Source: the human T2T-CHM13v2.0 reference genome, Homo sapiens. Taken from it: a DNA stretch of 64,000 nt. The position numbers and the translations under genes are program-made. Below are positions 26,030 to 42,085 of this stretch, in pieces; within the stretch, counting starts at the first letter, position 1, and the number at the start of each line of letters is the position of its first letter. The stretch is from assembly GCF_009914755.1 (NCBI RefSeq), contig NC_060939.1. The stretch is one strand, 5' to 3'. The notes beneath the pieces are model-generated. The model was not told the origin of the DNA. It saw only the letters and a program-made list of their open reading frames with translations, and did not search any database.

Positions 26030-27650
26030 TCAGAGATTTGTCCATAGGAGTGCTGAAAGAGCTTCCTCCATTTATGTCTTGACTGCTTCGTATTCCATAA
26101 AAAAATAGTTTGTTTAACCAGTCTCCTAGATAGAGGTTTCCTTTATTTGTAATCTTTTGCTTTCACAATGTTGCATTGAATGCTTCTGTATTTTCATCAC
26201 GATGCGCACCTGTCAGTATAGGATAAACTCCTAGAGGTGGAACTACTGGGTCAAAGGGGATGTGCATGGAAAATTTTGCTAGCTGTTGTCCTCAAGCCTC
26301 TCCACACCAGCACTGTGAGCACATTTCCCCAAAACGTTGCCAACATCAGGAGTTCTACTTTTTGATATTTGCCAATCTGGTAGGTGAAAAATGTTTTCTC
26401 ACTGTGGTTTTAATTAGTCTTTCTTTGATTAAAGAGACTGTGTATCTTTTCATATTTTAGAACTCTTTTTATTTCCTTTTCTGTTCACTGCCTGTTGGTG
26501 GCCTCTAACCATTTTTCTGATGGTCATTGGTCTTTTTCCTAATCATTTGAGGGAGCTCTTTATGTACTAGGGAAATTAGCCCTTTGTGATATGAATTGCA
26601 AATATTTGTTCTCAGTTTGTCATTTGTCTTTTGACTTTGCCCATAGTGGTATTTGCCATGCATAATTTTTTTTTTTTTTTTTTTTTTTGAGACAGAGTCT
26701 CGCTCTGTCACCCAGGCTAGAGTGCAGTGGCGTGATCTCGGCTCACTGCAAGCTCCGCCTCCTGGGTTCACACCATTCTCCTGCCTCAGCCTCCTGAGTA
26801 GCTGGGACTACGGGTGCCCGCCACCACGACCGGCTAATTTTTTTTGTATTTTTAGTAGAGACGGGGTTTCACCATGTTAGCCAGGATGGCCTCGATCTCC
26901 TGACCTCGTGATCCTCCCGCCTCAGCCTCCCAGAGTGCTGGGATTACAGGCGTGAGCCACGGCGCCCGGCCGCATAATTTTTTTTAATGTTTGCATAATT
27001 AAATTTTTCAATTGTTTCTTTTGTGGCTTCTGGGATTTCTGGTTTCCTTAGAAAGGTCTTCTTCACTGCAAGATTATTTTTAAAAGCCTAGAATTTCTTC
27101 TAGCATATGAATGATTTCATTTTTATTTTGAAATGTTTCATCCTTCCAGAATTTATCCTGGTGTGAGGTGTGGCTCCAACATAATTTTTTTCAAGACGGC
27201 TACACTTTGTCCAACACTATTAAACAATCCATCTTTACCCCATTATTCAAATGCCACCTTTTTCACCAACTAAATTTCCTGGATGTATTTAGGCATATTT
27301 CCAGTCTTTTGTGTTCTGTTGATGGTCCTGAACATATACCATCAGCAGATTGCAGCTTTGTACTATGTTTTGCTGTGGGCAGTGGGGCGATGCTCATACC
27401 CCAGCACTGCTTGTTTTCATACTTTTCTTGGCTATTATAGCTGGTTCATTTTTCCAAATGAACTTTAGAATGCTTGTTTAATTCCACATATAAAAATCTT
27501 ATTATTTTTATTGTGTATCTCTTAAGTTTATAGGTAATTTAGGGAAAATTGACATGTTTGTGATGCCAAGTTTTCCAGTGCAAGTTCATTTATTCAAGTC
27601 TTTGAGCCCGAAAGAGCATTATAAAGTTTTCTTATCTCCTTTTCTTGATT
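26030..27650 (-). mobile_element. Old L1M fragment interrupted by an AluY
   Basis: T-rich antisense L1 text (ttgccaatctggtaggtgaaaaatg...actgtggttttaatt). Boundaries approximate. Confidence 0.7.
26666..26971 (-). mobile_element. AluY
   Basis: Y-diagnostic gcaagctccgcc/ccattctcc; TSD gcataattttttt. Confidence 0.95.
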
Positions 27651-28648
27651 GTGAACTCCCTGGGAGCAAGAATGGGGTCAAGTTTTGAGTATGGCTTATT
27701 AGTAATGATCTATATAATTACTGACAAAAGAAACATAATTTTCATTAAATATTTGTAGAACCTACTTTTTCCTAACATCATTGCTTGCCATTTTATGAGT
27801 TGTTTTCTGCACATCAAAGAAAGGCAAGATGTAGTACAAATGCTGATGTCAAATGTCAGCATTTTAATCCTTAAAGTCATCTCTTGATTGGTGTGTTCTT
27901 TCTTTCTTTATTTTTAATAAAAAATTGTATTTGCTTAGAAGCATTCAGAATGTCAACAAAATGGCTACAACTTTTTCTTTTCTTTTTTTTTTTTTTTTTT
28001 TTTGCAATTACAGAGTGGTATTCACTTAACAACAGTCATTTTATATAAGCTGCATCAGAGACAACTGAAGATGAAAAAACTACCATCCCCATATATAACT
28101 AATTTGTGCCATGCACTAACAAGAACCTGCTTTTAATTTCCATGCCAGTTTACAATCCCCATACTGTACTAGGCAAGGTTGGTGGCTATTGAAAATACCA
28201 CCAGGACAGGGATATCTAAAGACACATTTGGTAGTGTGTTAACTATACAAAAAAAAAAAGACATTGTACAGTTTAAAAACACATCTTACACAGCCTTACA
28301 TTTCAGTTTTTTTCTTTAAAAGGAGTGAGTTATGTACAGGTTAAATGCTTTATAGACGAGAAAAAAAACTACACTAGAACCAACTTATTCATCATCATCT
28401 TCATCTTCCTCCTCCTCATTCTTATCCTCTTCATCTTCCTCATCTTCCTCCTCTTCCTTCTTTTTCTTGCTTTTTTCAGCCTTGACAACTCCCTTTTTTT
28501 GCTGCAGCAGGCTTTCCTTTAGCCCGATATGCAGCAATATCCTTTTCTTACTTTTCCTTCAGCTTCGCAGCCTTCTTTTTATAAGGCTGCCTGTCATCTG
28601 CAGCAATGTTATTCCACATCTCTCCCAGTTTCTTTGCAACATCATTAG

Positions 28649-29072
<424 letters not shown>

Positions 29073-31778
29073 TGAACGTCTTTTTTGTCTCCCCTTTAGG
29101 AAAGATACAGGTTTTCGTTTCTCTTTCATATGGGCCCTGTCTGCCTTTGCCATATCTTCGAATTTTCCTTTCTGTTTAGTAGGCATGGTCTTCCACCTCT
29201 CTGAGCACTTCTTAGAAAACTCTGAGGAGTTGACTGAAGCATCTGGATGTTTGTTCTTATGTGCCTCCCTACAAGTTTGCACAAAAAATGCATATGATGG
29301 CATTTTCTCTCTTGGCTTCTTAGGGTCTCCTTTGCCCATGTTTAGTTATTTTTCCTCAGCAAGGCACAGAATTGCCCAGTGCCCATCTGGCTCTCACTTG
29401 CCCCCAGTGCTATCTCTATGGAGCTCATTGTACTGCAATGGCTGTGATATCGGGAGCCAGGTGCAGCCTCCTCACTCTCTCCGCTCTATAACATTGCTCT
29501 CCAGCCAGCGCAGCTCCTAGTTGATTAGCGTGTTCTTAAAAGAGCATTCTGTGTAGGTAATCCAGGGGCTTCACATTTAGGTATTTGAGTTTTCCTCCAC
29601 TAGGAATAGTGGCAAATATAATGTGATTTTCCAGCTCTAATCTTCCCTCCCCATAACCCTGGCACAGATTTTGAGGTAGCCTTGGCCTGGGAAGTAGCCA
29701 AAAGGCACTGTGTTGGACAAAGAGCAGACCATTGGCATCGATGTGCATGTCCTCAGGAGAGAGGTGACTAGGCAGATGGGGACAAGACACGGGTGCTCTG
29801 TGTTCTGAGCGTCAGCGTACATCCTGTTTGGTTAGCACAGAGTGAGTCTGGGAACTTTGCACTTAGCACCTTGGCAGCCCAGGTCTGGGAATAGTGGTGC
29901 CTTCTCCTAAAGTTAGGTCACTAATCTTTGACTGGCTGTTTGCAGGACCAGTTCTCTAACGGATCCAGGGTTCCAGTGGAACCCTGGAGACTGGAACCCT
30001 GGAGCTTCTTAATAAACTGCCTCCCTACTTAAAGCATGGTGTCAAAACCAGGTTGAAATGCAACGTGAGGAGAGAGGACTGTGCTTTGGTGTGCCTAGGG
30101 AGGATGTGACCAGTTCCGCGTGCTGTTTGTGAACAGGAAGATAGTGGGATCAGATGCATTTAACATGTGGATACAGTTCTGAGGGGTTTTAACTGGTTTT
30201 CTTTGAACTTTAGAAAAGCACATTTATTTTTCCTTGGAGCAAAAAAGTAGTTTCTTTTTAAGTGGTTTTATTGTAACTCATGGGGCTGTTCTCCTAACAT
30301 TCATATTTTATAGTTTGCACGATATGCACAAAGGTCACAGATGTACCAGCCTGGCCCAGTGGCCTCCGTCCTGTATTTAGAAACCAGTTCGGGAACGGAA
30401 GAGGATTGCTCTTTTGTTTCCTCAGGCCACTTTTGGTCATTTCAGGCAGAAACAGTCTCTGCATTGGAATTTTCCTGTGCAGATCCTGCAATTCAGGAAT
30501 AGAGCATTTAGCAACAACAGTGAAAATGTAATGTGTGACAGCTGTGGAGAAGAATTTGCCTCCAGTGAGGGGAAAATGCTGTGTTCAAAGTGGATTTCTG
30601 ATGAGCCTATTAATGGGTGTTTGGGAAGCCGAATATGTTGCTGCCATTTTGAGATGAAAGGCCCAAGGTGTTTGTTCCTGAAGCTAATGAGGAAGCCCTT
30701 TCCCAGCCTCAGCCTTACCTCCCCAGTAGGACTGGTGAGATGTGCACACAGGGTCTACTCCACATCTGGCCCTCCTGAAAAGAAGGGCTTCCAGTGGGGG
30801 CTGTGTCCTAGTGGAGAAGGGTGAAGCCCAGTGGGATGGGCTCACGAAGGACCTGCTGTTGACCTGCTGGCTTCAGGTCCACCAGGCTAGGGGTAGATAG
30901 GCCAGAAAAGAAACCAGAGGTGTCTGTGGTAGGAGCAGCAAGGGCCCTGGCTTCCAGGCCTGTGGAGCAGGGAGGCTCTGGCAGTTCAGGATCTGGAAAA
31001 GAACTGACAAAATGTTCTCCTAAACTCTGGCCCTTGCCGGCTTCCTTACCTTTCCTGTGTGCACACACATGCATGCACATGCACATGTGCACACACAGGA
31101 AGGCCTGGAACTCAGTTTGCAGACTCGTGGAGCTGCCACAAAGCTTCACTCCCAGTGTTTCCCCCACCACTGATGCTTGTCCTCCTGGGTTTATTCTCAC
31201 CCATGAAAGTAGGGTAAAAATGTATCCCCAAATCAAACACCTGTCACCTTTCTAGAAGCACTTCCATCCTCTCTTGCTCTCACTGTCATCGCTCTCCTGG
31301 ATCTTTGGGGAGATATTCAGTATGATTTTGTTAACATTCTGGCCTTATCTTAGAGATAATTAAATGTGAATATTCAAATTAATTAGCCCCCAGATGTATC
31401 TTCTGCAGAAAAAAACTCCTCTAACAAGAAGTCAGTTACAGTTGTGAGAAACATGCAAAACGAAAGAAATGTTTTTTTTCAAAGACCTGTGAAGACCACT
31501 GTAGAGAAGCTCCAACAAATTCAGTTTTCAATTTGAAGAAACATTATTTAATATAGAACATTTTGACAGTTGATCAGACAGGAGAAAATAGGCACAAAGC
31601 TGTTATTTTAACTTCTGGTTGGGGGAGTTGATGAGTCTTGAGTGTGATAAAGTAAGGAACGCTTTGGACTGAATCAGAGACCTGTCCTCTAATCCTAGCT
31701 TTTTTTTTTTCTTTTTTTTTCCTCATTTTTAAAACGGGGAAGACACCATTGCTCAGAATTCTGAAGATTAAGCTAGAA

Positions 31779-32077
31779 GGCCGGGCAGGATGGCTCACTT
31801 CTATAATTCCAGCACTGTGGGAGGCTGAGGTGGGAGGATTGCTTGAGCCCGGGAGATCAAGACCAGCCCTGGCGACATAGCAAGACCCTGTCTCTACAAA
31901 AAAAAATTAACTGGGCATGGTGGCATGTGCCTGTGGTCCCAGCTACTCAGGCGGCTGAGATGGGAGGATTGCTTGAGCATGGGAGGTTAAAGCTGCAGTG
32001 AGCCGTAGTTGTACCACTGCACTCCAGCCTGGGTGACAGAGTAAGACCTTGTCTCTAAAAATAAGTAAATAAATAAA
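31779..32077 (+). mobile_element. AluJ-type element
   Basis: gaggattgcttgagccc diagnostic; A-rich tail. Confidence 0.92.
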
Positions 32078-33811
32078 CTAGAGACATGACTCACCCAGCT
32101 CCTGATGGAGAGATTTGGTGCTCAGAAATATCTCTCCTCTCTGAGATCCTGGTACTCCCCATGATGCACTAAGTGAAATTGGTACTTCTCAGCCTCATGA
32201 TTGTCTCCCCATAGTATCATCCTATTCTATCTCTCTGACCCCATTGCCCACCGCTCCTGTCTGTGACAGTAGCTGCCTGTGTATTCATCATGCATCCTAC
32301 CTTCAGATTACGAATGCCACCAGGGCGGTCACTGTGTCCGGCTCTAATCTCTGTATGCCTCACAGCACTCGTATTTGTTGAATTTTATTAAATCAATATA
32401 TAAGAGCCAAAATAAAATATAGGTAGAGGCAGGTTCGGACCTGATAACATCTTTGGTTTGGCCCCAGGTGCCAGCAGCACACTCCTAGTTGGGCATCCTC
32501 AGTCCATGTTGTCACTCTGAAAACAAATCTGTTTGTCAGAGTAAAGGTCACCTTTTTTTCTCAGTGGACAAATATTTTTTTCTGAAATGAAAAATTTGCT
32601 TTTCTTCCCTTGAGTGTGTGCACTCAAGTAAGCAGCGTGGAGGGCCTGTGAAGATGGGCATTCTCTCTGGAAACTGAGGAAACATCCCGAGCCTATGTCT
32701 CCTAACAGTCTTGGCACCTAACTAGAATCTGACCGGAGTTTCAGCACGCAGCCAGCAGAGGACATCACCAGCCATTTGAGTGTGCAGTTGTCTGGAGCAG
32801 CCACGCAGCAGGTCTCTGTAGCCCTGATGGAGAGAGTTTTCTTCTTGGGAGGGCTTCCCAGGATGATGTAACACCTCTGCGTTTTGCCTCAGTGGCTGAA
32901 GAGTCCCTTTGGACTTGGGTTTTGCAGAAAGAGAGGGGAGTCTGAGGGCAGAGTGTAAAGTGACACAGCCGGTGTGTAGAGCTGAGCAGCCTGTGTTAGG
33001 AACAGTCAGAGCCTGTGGACTTGTGAGGCTTCCACTCACGTGCTATGTTAGCAGTTCTTTTCCTCAAGCTCTACTGAAAGACCTGTGGACCTGACATTTT
33101 ATGGTCACAAGCCCTGGAGAAGATAGCCATTCATTTTGCTGGATGACCTTTTAAATAAACCTCTAGAGTAAGTTCCAGGCAAATACTGGAGGTGGCTGTG
33201 TTTGCCCAACAGAATCCAGCAAAAACACTTCTCTGTGCTTGAAATTCCTTCTTGTACCTGATGCTTTGGAATTTAGGCAGGTGATAAATTAAAGATGAAT
33301 TTCTTCTTTTTTTTTAACGTTACAATATAGTTAGCTATTATCTTGATATGCTTTCTAATATATAATGGAGTTACATATGTACATTTAACTTATGCAAATT
33401 CAACTCTACAGATTGAGAGAGAGACCCCCACACACACACAGACACACACATACACACACCACCTTATTTGTGCTGACCCTTCTGCCAGCTTCTCCATTCA
33501 AAGGAGCACAGGCCCCCCCTGTGTGTGATCTGGGAGCCTCACGTCACCTCTGCTGGTACCAGGGCCTGTGTGTCTCTCCTGCGAGAGAGAGCACCTTACT
33601 GTATCTTCACGTTTAAAGATGTGTTTTTGTTTTCCATTTCCTTTGTTTCACAACATGGCCTTAACCTCAAGCCACCAGTGCCATCTGTGCTTATCCACAG
33701 CCCCAGCCATCTTCGTGGCACTGAGGGAGAACTGCCTGGCTCCCTTTGCCCAGAGACAGTGTGTTACTAAGGGATGCTCAGGGCATAACTTTATTATAGT
33801 TAATAGTTTAG

Positions 33812-34125
<314 letters not shown>

Positions 34126-34182
34126 TGACAGTTTCGCCTTTTAACTTGAGAACCAAGCTGCGGGCGACATGTGACCCCACTA

Positions 34183-34545
<363 letters not shown>

Positions 34546-36230
34546 TTAGTACTTGCCTGAGCCCCAGAACTTGGTCTCTTTACCCTTTCTCCTGTTTAGT
34601 GCCAGCTTCTGGCTTGGAAGCCCACGTTGACCAGCTCCTCAATAAACAGATTTCTATCAGGAATATCTACCAGGGTTCTCCGTGTTGCTGAAAAGCCCCT
34701 AGTTCAAGATAACCTTTAAAATGGCCAGCATCAGAATATATACATGCTAATTTGATATATTTTTAAAGGTAGAGGTTGGCTGTTGACGACTCCAGATATG
34801 TTTGGTCTCATCACATTGGTTCTAGATAACTAATATTTTTAAAGGATGACTAATAGACTCATAGGAGTCTCTAGAATGAAAGCATCTGTCTGTCCTTATC
34901 ATGTTTGTTTTATCATCCAAATAAGCCCTGGACGCAGTGGCCAAGGCCCCAGTTGAAGTCTCAACCCTGCTCTTGACTAGCAGTGTGAATGTGGCCAAGC
35001 CATGAACTCCCTAGCCTCAGGATCCCTGTGGTAAAGTGGGGTTAACAGTATCTGCCCATTTCACAAAATTGTCATTGAAGGCAAATGAGATCATTTTAAA
35101 AAGGACTTTGAAAAACTATGAAGTGCTGTATAGATAAATAAAATAGCAGTTTTATTTATTATGCCGTGTTCAAAGAAAAAAAGTAAATAAATTCTTGATG
35201 CTAGAACCACTGAGATTAGTACCTCAAACATCCTTGACTTCCTTTGTTAAAGAGCTTGGGGGGACATCCTTAATGTTTCTGAAGTTGCAAAGGGAGAGGC
35301 CCCAGGTTTCACTCCGGGTGACATAATTTCTTTGCTGTAGTAAGATTCCAGTGGCATTTGCCTTAGCATGTATCTCGTTCTTGCAGCTAAATTAGAGCAC
35401 GGTAACTATTTCCTCTCATTCCTTTTTAATCTGTGAAATCATGAGCCTTACTCTTGCCTTGTTAAGGAGGAGAAGCCAGACTACTCAGAGGACCCCCACG
35501 GAGCTCCTCAGCAAGTGGCCTGCCCAGCCTTCCCCTCCACAGCCCCTGAGCCATCACCACATTTGGGATCTTCTTCTCCACCCAGTTCCTTACTTTTCAG
35601 CTCATATCGTCACATTTATTGGTCTCAAGTCTCTTGTCTTGGGTTGGGCTGGGAAGGAGGAACATGCAGGAACGGAATACCAGTCGGATTCTAGCCTCCT
35701 GCGTTCCCATTGAATGCAGGAGGGGTTGAACCCAGTGACATTTTGAATATAAATATTTTCATCAGAGTTAGGCTAACATTAAAGAATTTTTCTTTGGGAA
35801 AATATTTTCTAAAACAAAGTCTGCTGAGCCAATTCGATTCCATGATGAGTTTTTTTTTAATACAATACAGTTAAATTTTATCTTCATCAGGGTTGTTTTC
35901 CATTTAAATTTACTACAAAGACTGGAGTCATTAATCGTTTTTTTGTCCGTGTCATATATTATGACCATAGCTTCTGCTATAGCAAGTTCTCTTGCGGCTG
36001 TTAGTTCCACCAAGTCCAATTCTCTAAGTTCAATTTTACAGGTCTAAATGTTTTTATGAAAACTAGATTCTTCTGTCAATTTTTAGACAATCCCAGTATT
36101 CAATTTACCACATGCAGTTTTAACTATTGCCAGTTTTATTATCAGTTGATTCTTTGAACGAACCACTGGGAGATAAACAGGAGACTGATAGTATATATTT
36201 ATCAACTAATTCATTTTTTAAAAAAAGTGT

Positions 36231-36545
36231 GGCCAAGTGCGGTGGCTCACGCCTGTAATCCCAGCACTTTGGGAGGCCGAGGCGGGTGGATCACCTGAGG
36301 TCGGGAGTTCAAGACCAGCCTGACCAACATGGAGAAACCCCGTCTGTACTAAAAATACAAAATTAGCTGGGCATAGTGGTGCATGCCTGTAATCCCAGCT
36401 ACATGGGAGGCTTAGGCAGGAGAATCGCTTGAACCCAGGAGGCGGAGGTTGCAGTGAGCCGAAATTGCACCGAGCTGAGATTGCGCCATTGCACTCCAGC
36501 CTGGGCAATAAGAGCAAAACTCCATCTCAAAACAAAAAAAAAAAA
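36231..36545 (+). mobile_element. Alu (Sp-like) with a 16-bp internal duplication
   Basis: ggtcgggagttc/catggagaaacc diagnostics; TSD aaaaaaa(g/a)tgtg. Confidence 0.93.
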
Positions 36546-36619
36546 TGTGATTAATTTTAGACATAGAGATGAAAATAGAGATAGAGTAGAAGGAAATGGC
36601 CTCAAGTCAAAAGGGGATG

Positions 36620-37695
<1,076 letters not shown>

Positions 37696-37818
37696 TCGTG
37701 GGGACAAAGTGATGAATTCAAAATGTGCTACTGTGCTTTAAGACCAGTAAAGATCATTGACCAGGAGTCTTAGAAACTCTACTTTCCTAGATGTCTTCTT
37801 GAAAAAACAACTCCAGTA

Positions 37819-38128
<310 letters not shown>

Positions 38129-38439
38129 ACTTCAGCCCTTTTGTGTGCTCAGATTTGCTTTTAGAAAATGGATGCATGGAGAGAAGAAAACAACATTTAA
38201 GGAGATTACCTGTTTCTCCTGTTTCTTATGTACATTGTGTTGCAGGTAAAGCAGATGCTCAAATAAATACATTTGAGAAGTATGTGAAATGCCAAGAGTT
38301 GGGGACAGGGACAGAAAGATGAGCCTTCAGAAGAACTAGATGGGAACATGATGGTTTAATGTGGGCCGTGGGGTATCAGGGCAGTAAAGAAGCCTCTTGA
38401 ATCAAAGACAAGCCCAGCTCAAAACCTTTCAGGGGACGT

Positions 38440-38830
38440 CTGTCCCCTTCTGGCTGCCTAGCATTCATTCTTCCTTTCTAAGGGCATACAAATTTCCCCT
38501 TGGGGAAGTTCTTCTCTCCCACTGCATGCAGGTAATAAATCAAAGTGTGTCGCCCACCCACTCTGAAATTGAAGGCATCCCTTTTAGTTGCCGTACTCCT
38601 GGGACATTGACCTTTGAGTAGGGTGGGGGGACACTGGTACTAATGGTGTAAAAAGCACATCCCTGGAACAGCCCCCTGGTTTCTTTCTTGGATCCTGCCC
38701 TCATTTCACGCCTGGTTCTCCAGCCTCTTTTCCATTTAGTAGGCACCCCAGTGTCCTTCTGTGTACTCCTTTCTTAAGTTAGTCAGAGTTGGGTTTTGTT
38801 GCTTTAAGCAATGCATCCTATCTGACAGAA
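38440..38830 (+). mobile_element. Old ERVL-type LTR remnant (LTR16/33-like)
   Basis: Terminal cttaagttagtcagagttgggttttgttgct...tctgaca. Confidence 0.45.
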
Positions 38831-39197
38831 ACTTCAAATGCTGAGGAGTAGCTGCTGATGGGCATTTTGTTCACTGGAAAGGACTTGCTGCAACTTGCTG
38901 AGATGTGAGGACTCAATCTCAGGCAACATATCCTAAACATCTAGTGTGTGCCAAGTCCTGTGCTAATTTGGTAGAGAAGTACAAGGGAGAATCAAAGGAA
39001 ATAACAGTGAAGTCTGAGTTTAATCACTAGCTATAAAATAGTTTGATTTACAGCCAAGGAACTTAGGTACCATAAGGAAGAACTGGTCACCCACTGGTTT
39101 AAGGCAAAGATGAGCATCAGTCAACTTTATTTTTTCAACTCTCTTTTTAAAACACCAGCTGTCCGTGCCTATGTGAGCTTCATCTGCTCAAAGACGT

Positions 39198-39199
<2 letters not shown>

Positions 39200-39239
<40 letters not shown>
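39200..39239 (+). repeat. (GT)20 microsatellite
   Basis: Perfect dinucleotide run. Confidence 0.97.
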
Positions 39240-39242
<3 letters not shown>

Positions 39243-40187
39243 TATGTATATGGGGGGTGGGAGGGAGATCCAGACCCTTGTGGTCTTTCCCACTGACCAA
39301 TTCTCTTAGTAAGCCAGATGTCGATTATAAATAGGCTCAGAAGATAAGGACAGGCTGGCCTCTATATTTTGTTGTGGCCCAGCTTGTTTGTTAGTAACAA
39401 ACATTTATTAACCGCTGGCCACGGCACAACATTGGCCACAATACCATAAGGATTAGTAAAGAAGTAGAAGAGACTGTTTCTACTTTCAGGGAGTTAAGGG
39501 TAAAACATGCCCAGATGCTTCAACTCAAGAATAGCTTTAAAAAATACAGACAGAAAGACATGCAAATTAGCGCAGTAAAAATGGAATATTCTGTAAAACA
39601 TGAAGAAAGCAATGAAATTTTACTATAGGATTTAATGGAGAGATGTACCATGTTTTTGGATGGGACACATCAGTATTGTAAAGGTGTCAATTATCTCCTA
39701 GGTAATATATATTTGTCGTGTTTCCAATCAAAAATCTAAAATTTTTATAGAACTAAACAAGCTAATCCTATAATTAATCTGGAAAATAAAATGCTGAAAT
39801 CTGCCAAGAAAATTTTGAAAAATAACAAAGGCAGCCTGCGCTATCAACTATCAAAGTATCTCATAAAGCTATATTAATTAAAGCAGTGTCATACTGGCAT
39901 ATGCATAGACAAATAGATCAATAAACTAGAATACAAAGTATAGAACCAAATCTAAATATTTAATTGAGAACTTGGTGTATATTAAAGATGTCCACTGAAA
40001 GTAGGGAAACGATAGGCCATTCATTGTGCAAGGACAATGAGCTAGTCTGTCAGAAAAAAATGAATTATATCTTCCCTTCACATCATTTTATAAAAGTAAG
40101 TGGATTTAAGGTTAATACATTTTTTAAAACTATAGAAGTAATAGAAGGAAACATTGGGAATTATGTTTATAATTGGGTATTGCATAG

Positions 40188-40490
<303 letters not shown>

Positions 40491-40580
40491 TGCATAGCTC
40501 TTTTTAAAACAAAATGCAAAACACAAAGGTTTTAACAAAACACAACAAAATCTATTGTATATTTTAACTTTATCTTGTTA

Positions 40581-40655
40581 TATAACCATAAAAGATACTT
40601 TTAACTATAAAAGATATTTTTATAACTATAAAAGATATTTTTAACCATAAAAGAT
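40581..40655. repeat. AT-rich minisatellite, ~4 copies of a 19-21-bp unit
   Basis: Unit taac(c/t)ataaaagata(c/t)ttt starting at 40583, 40602, 40623 and 40642. Confidence 0.9.
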
Positions 40656-40665
40656 TAAAAACTAG

Positions 40666-41106
<441 letters not shown>

Positions 41107-42052
41107 TCAACAGACAGTTCACAGAAGAGAAATACAAATGACTAGTAAACATGAATCAGTGAAATGCAAATTCAAACAAGCAACTTTTTTTCAACCATAG
41201 ATTGGGTCAACCTTAAACACAAGTTGAAACAAGATACCCATTTTTTTGCCCATCAAAGTGGCCAGAATGTAAAAGATTAATAATGCCAATTATTAATGAG
41301 GGTGAGGAAGACAGGTACTTTCCTTCGTTATTGGTGGGAATGTAAATGGACCCATCTTTTTTAGAAGGCAACTTGGCAGTATCTACAAAATGTAAAACGC
41401 ACATACCTCTCAGTTCCATCACAGTGCCTTCTGTATGCCCTCTCATCAGGCTTACAAGGAGGAGAGTGCAAAAGCAGCCATATCTCCTAAGGGCCAGGCC
41501 TAAATTGGCATGGCAGTCCTTCTGCCACCTTCTGTAAGCCCAGAGAAGCCACAGGCCAGTCCAGATCACAAGGAGGGAATCTAGCTCCCGGCAGAAGAAT
41601 GGAATAAGTGGAATTATTGGCCGCTACATTTTCGAACTACCACATAGATAGAAAAAGCATATTCCTTCGTGTACCATTTTAGCAGCATTTCTTCAGTATT
41701 TATATGTTTATATAAATTTCAAAATATTCTATTGTTTTAGTCCATATTTCCTTCCTGACCTAAACCATGTGACTGGGCACCTATTCAGTTTTTTGTTTTT
41801 AAATTTTTTTCTTGTGGTCTGTGGATAAGTTACATAAACAAACAACTACACATTGAACCCCACCATAGTAAATGCAGTCTAAAAATTCAATTTTGTAAAC
41901 CCTGGTGTTGTATTATTATGAAGTTAATTAAAAACAGTGTTTTATCAGTAGGTATTGTCATAAAATTAAACCTTTTGAGACTTCCACTGTGTATAATTGA
42001 TCTTACATTGAACTGAGAAAGTCCCAAGTGATTGTGAGGCAATTGATCCCTA

Positions 42053-42053
<1 letters not shown>

Positions 42054-42078
<25 letters not shown>
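42054..42078 (+). repeat. (CA)n microsatellite
   Basis: About 12 units. Confidence 0.95.

Positions 42079-42085
<7 letters not shown>

Noticed and set aside
31056-31097. Alternating purine-pyrimidine quasi-palindrome (tgtgtgcacacacatgcatgcac...)
   Set aside because: Low-complexity CA/TG-derived sequence that is self-complementary by composition.
40581-40655. CRISPR-like array
   Set aside because: Adjacent tandem units with no unique spacers in a mammalian intron; an ordinary minisatellite.
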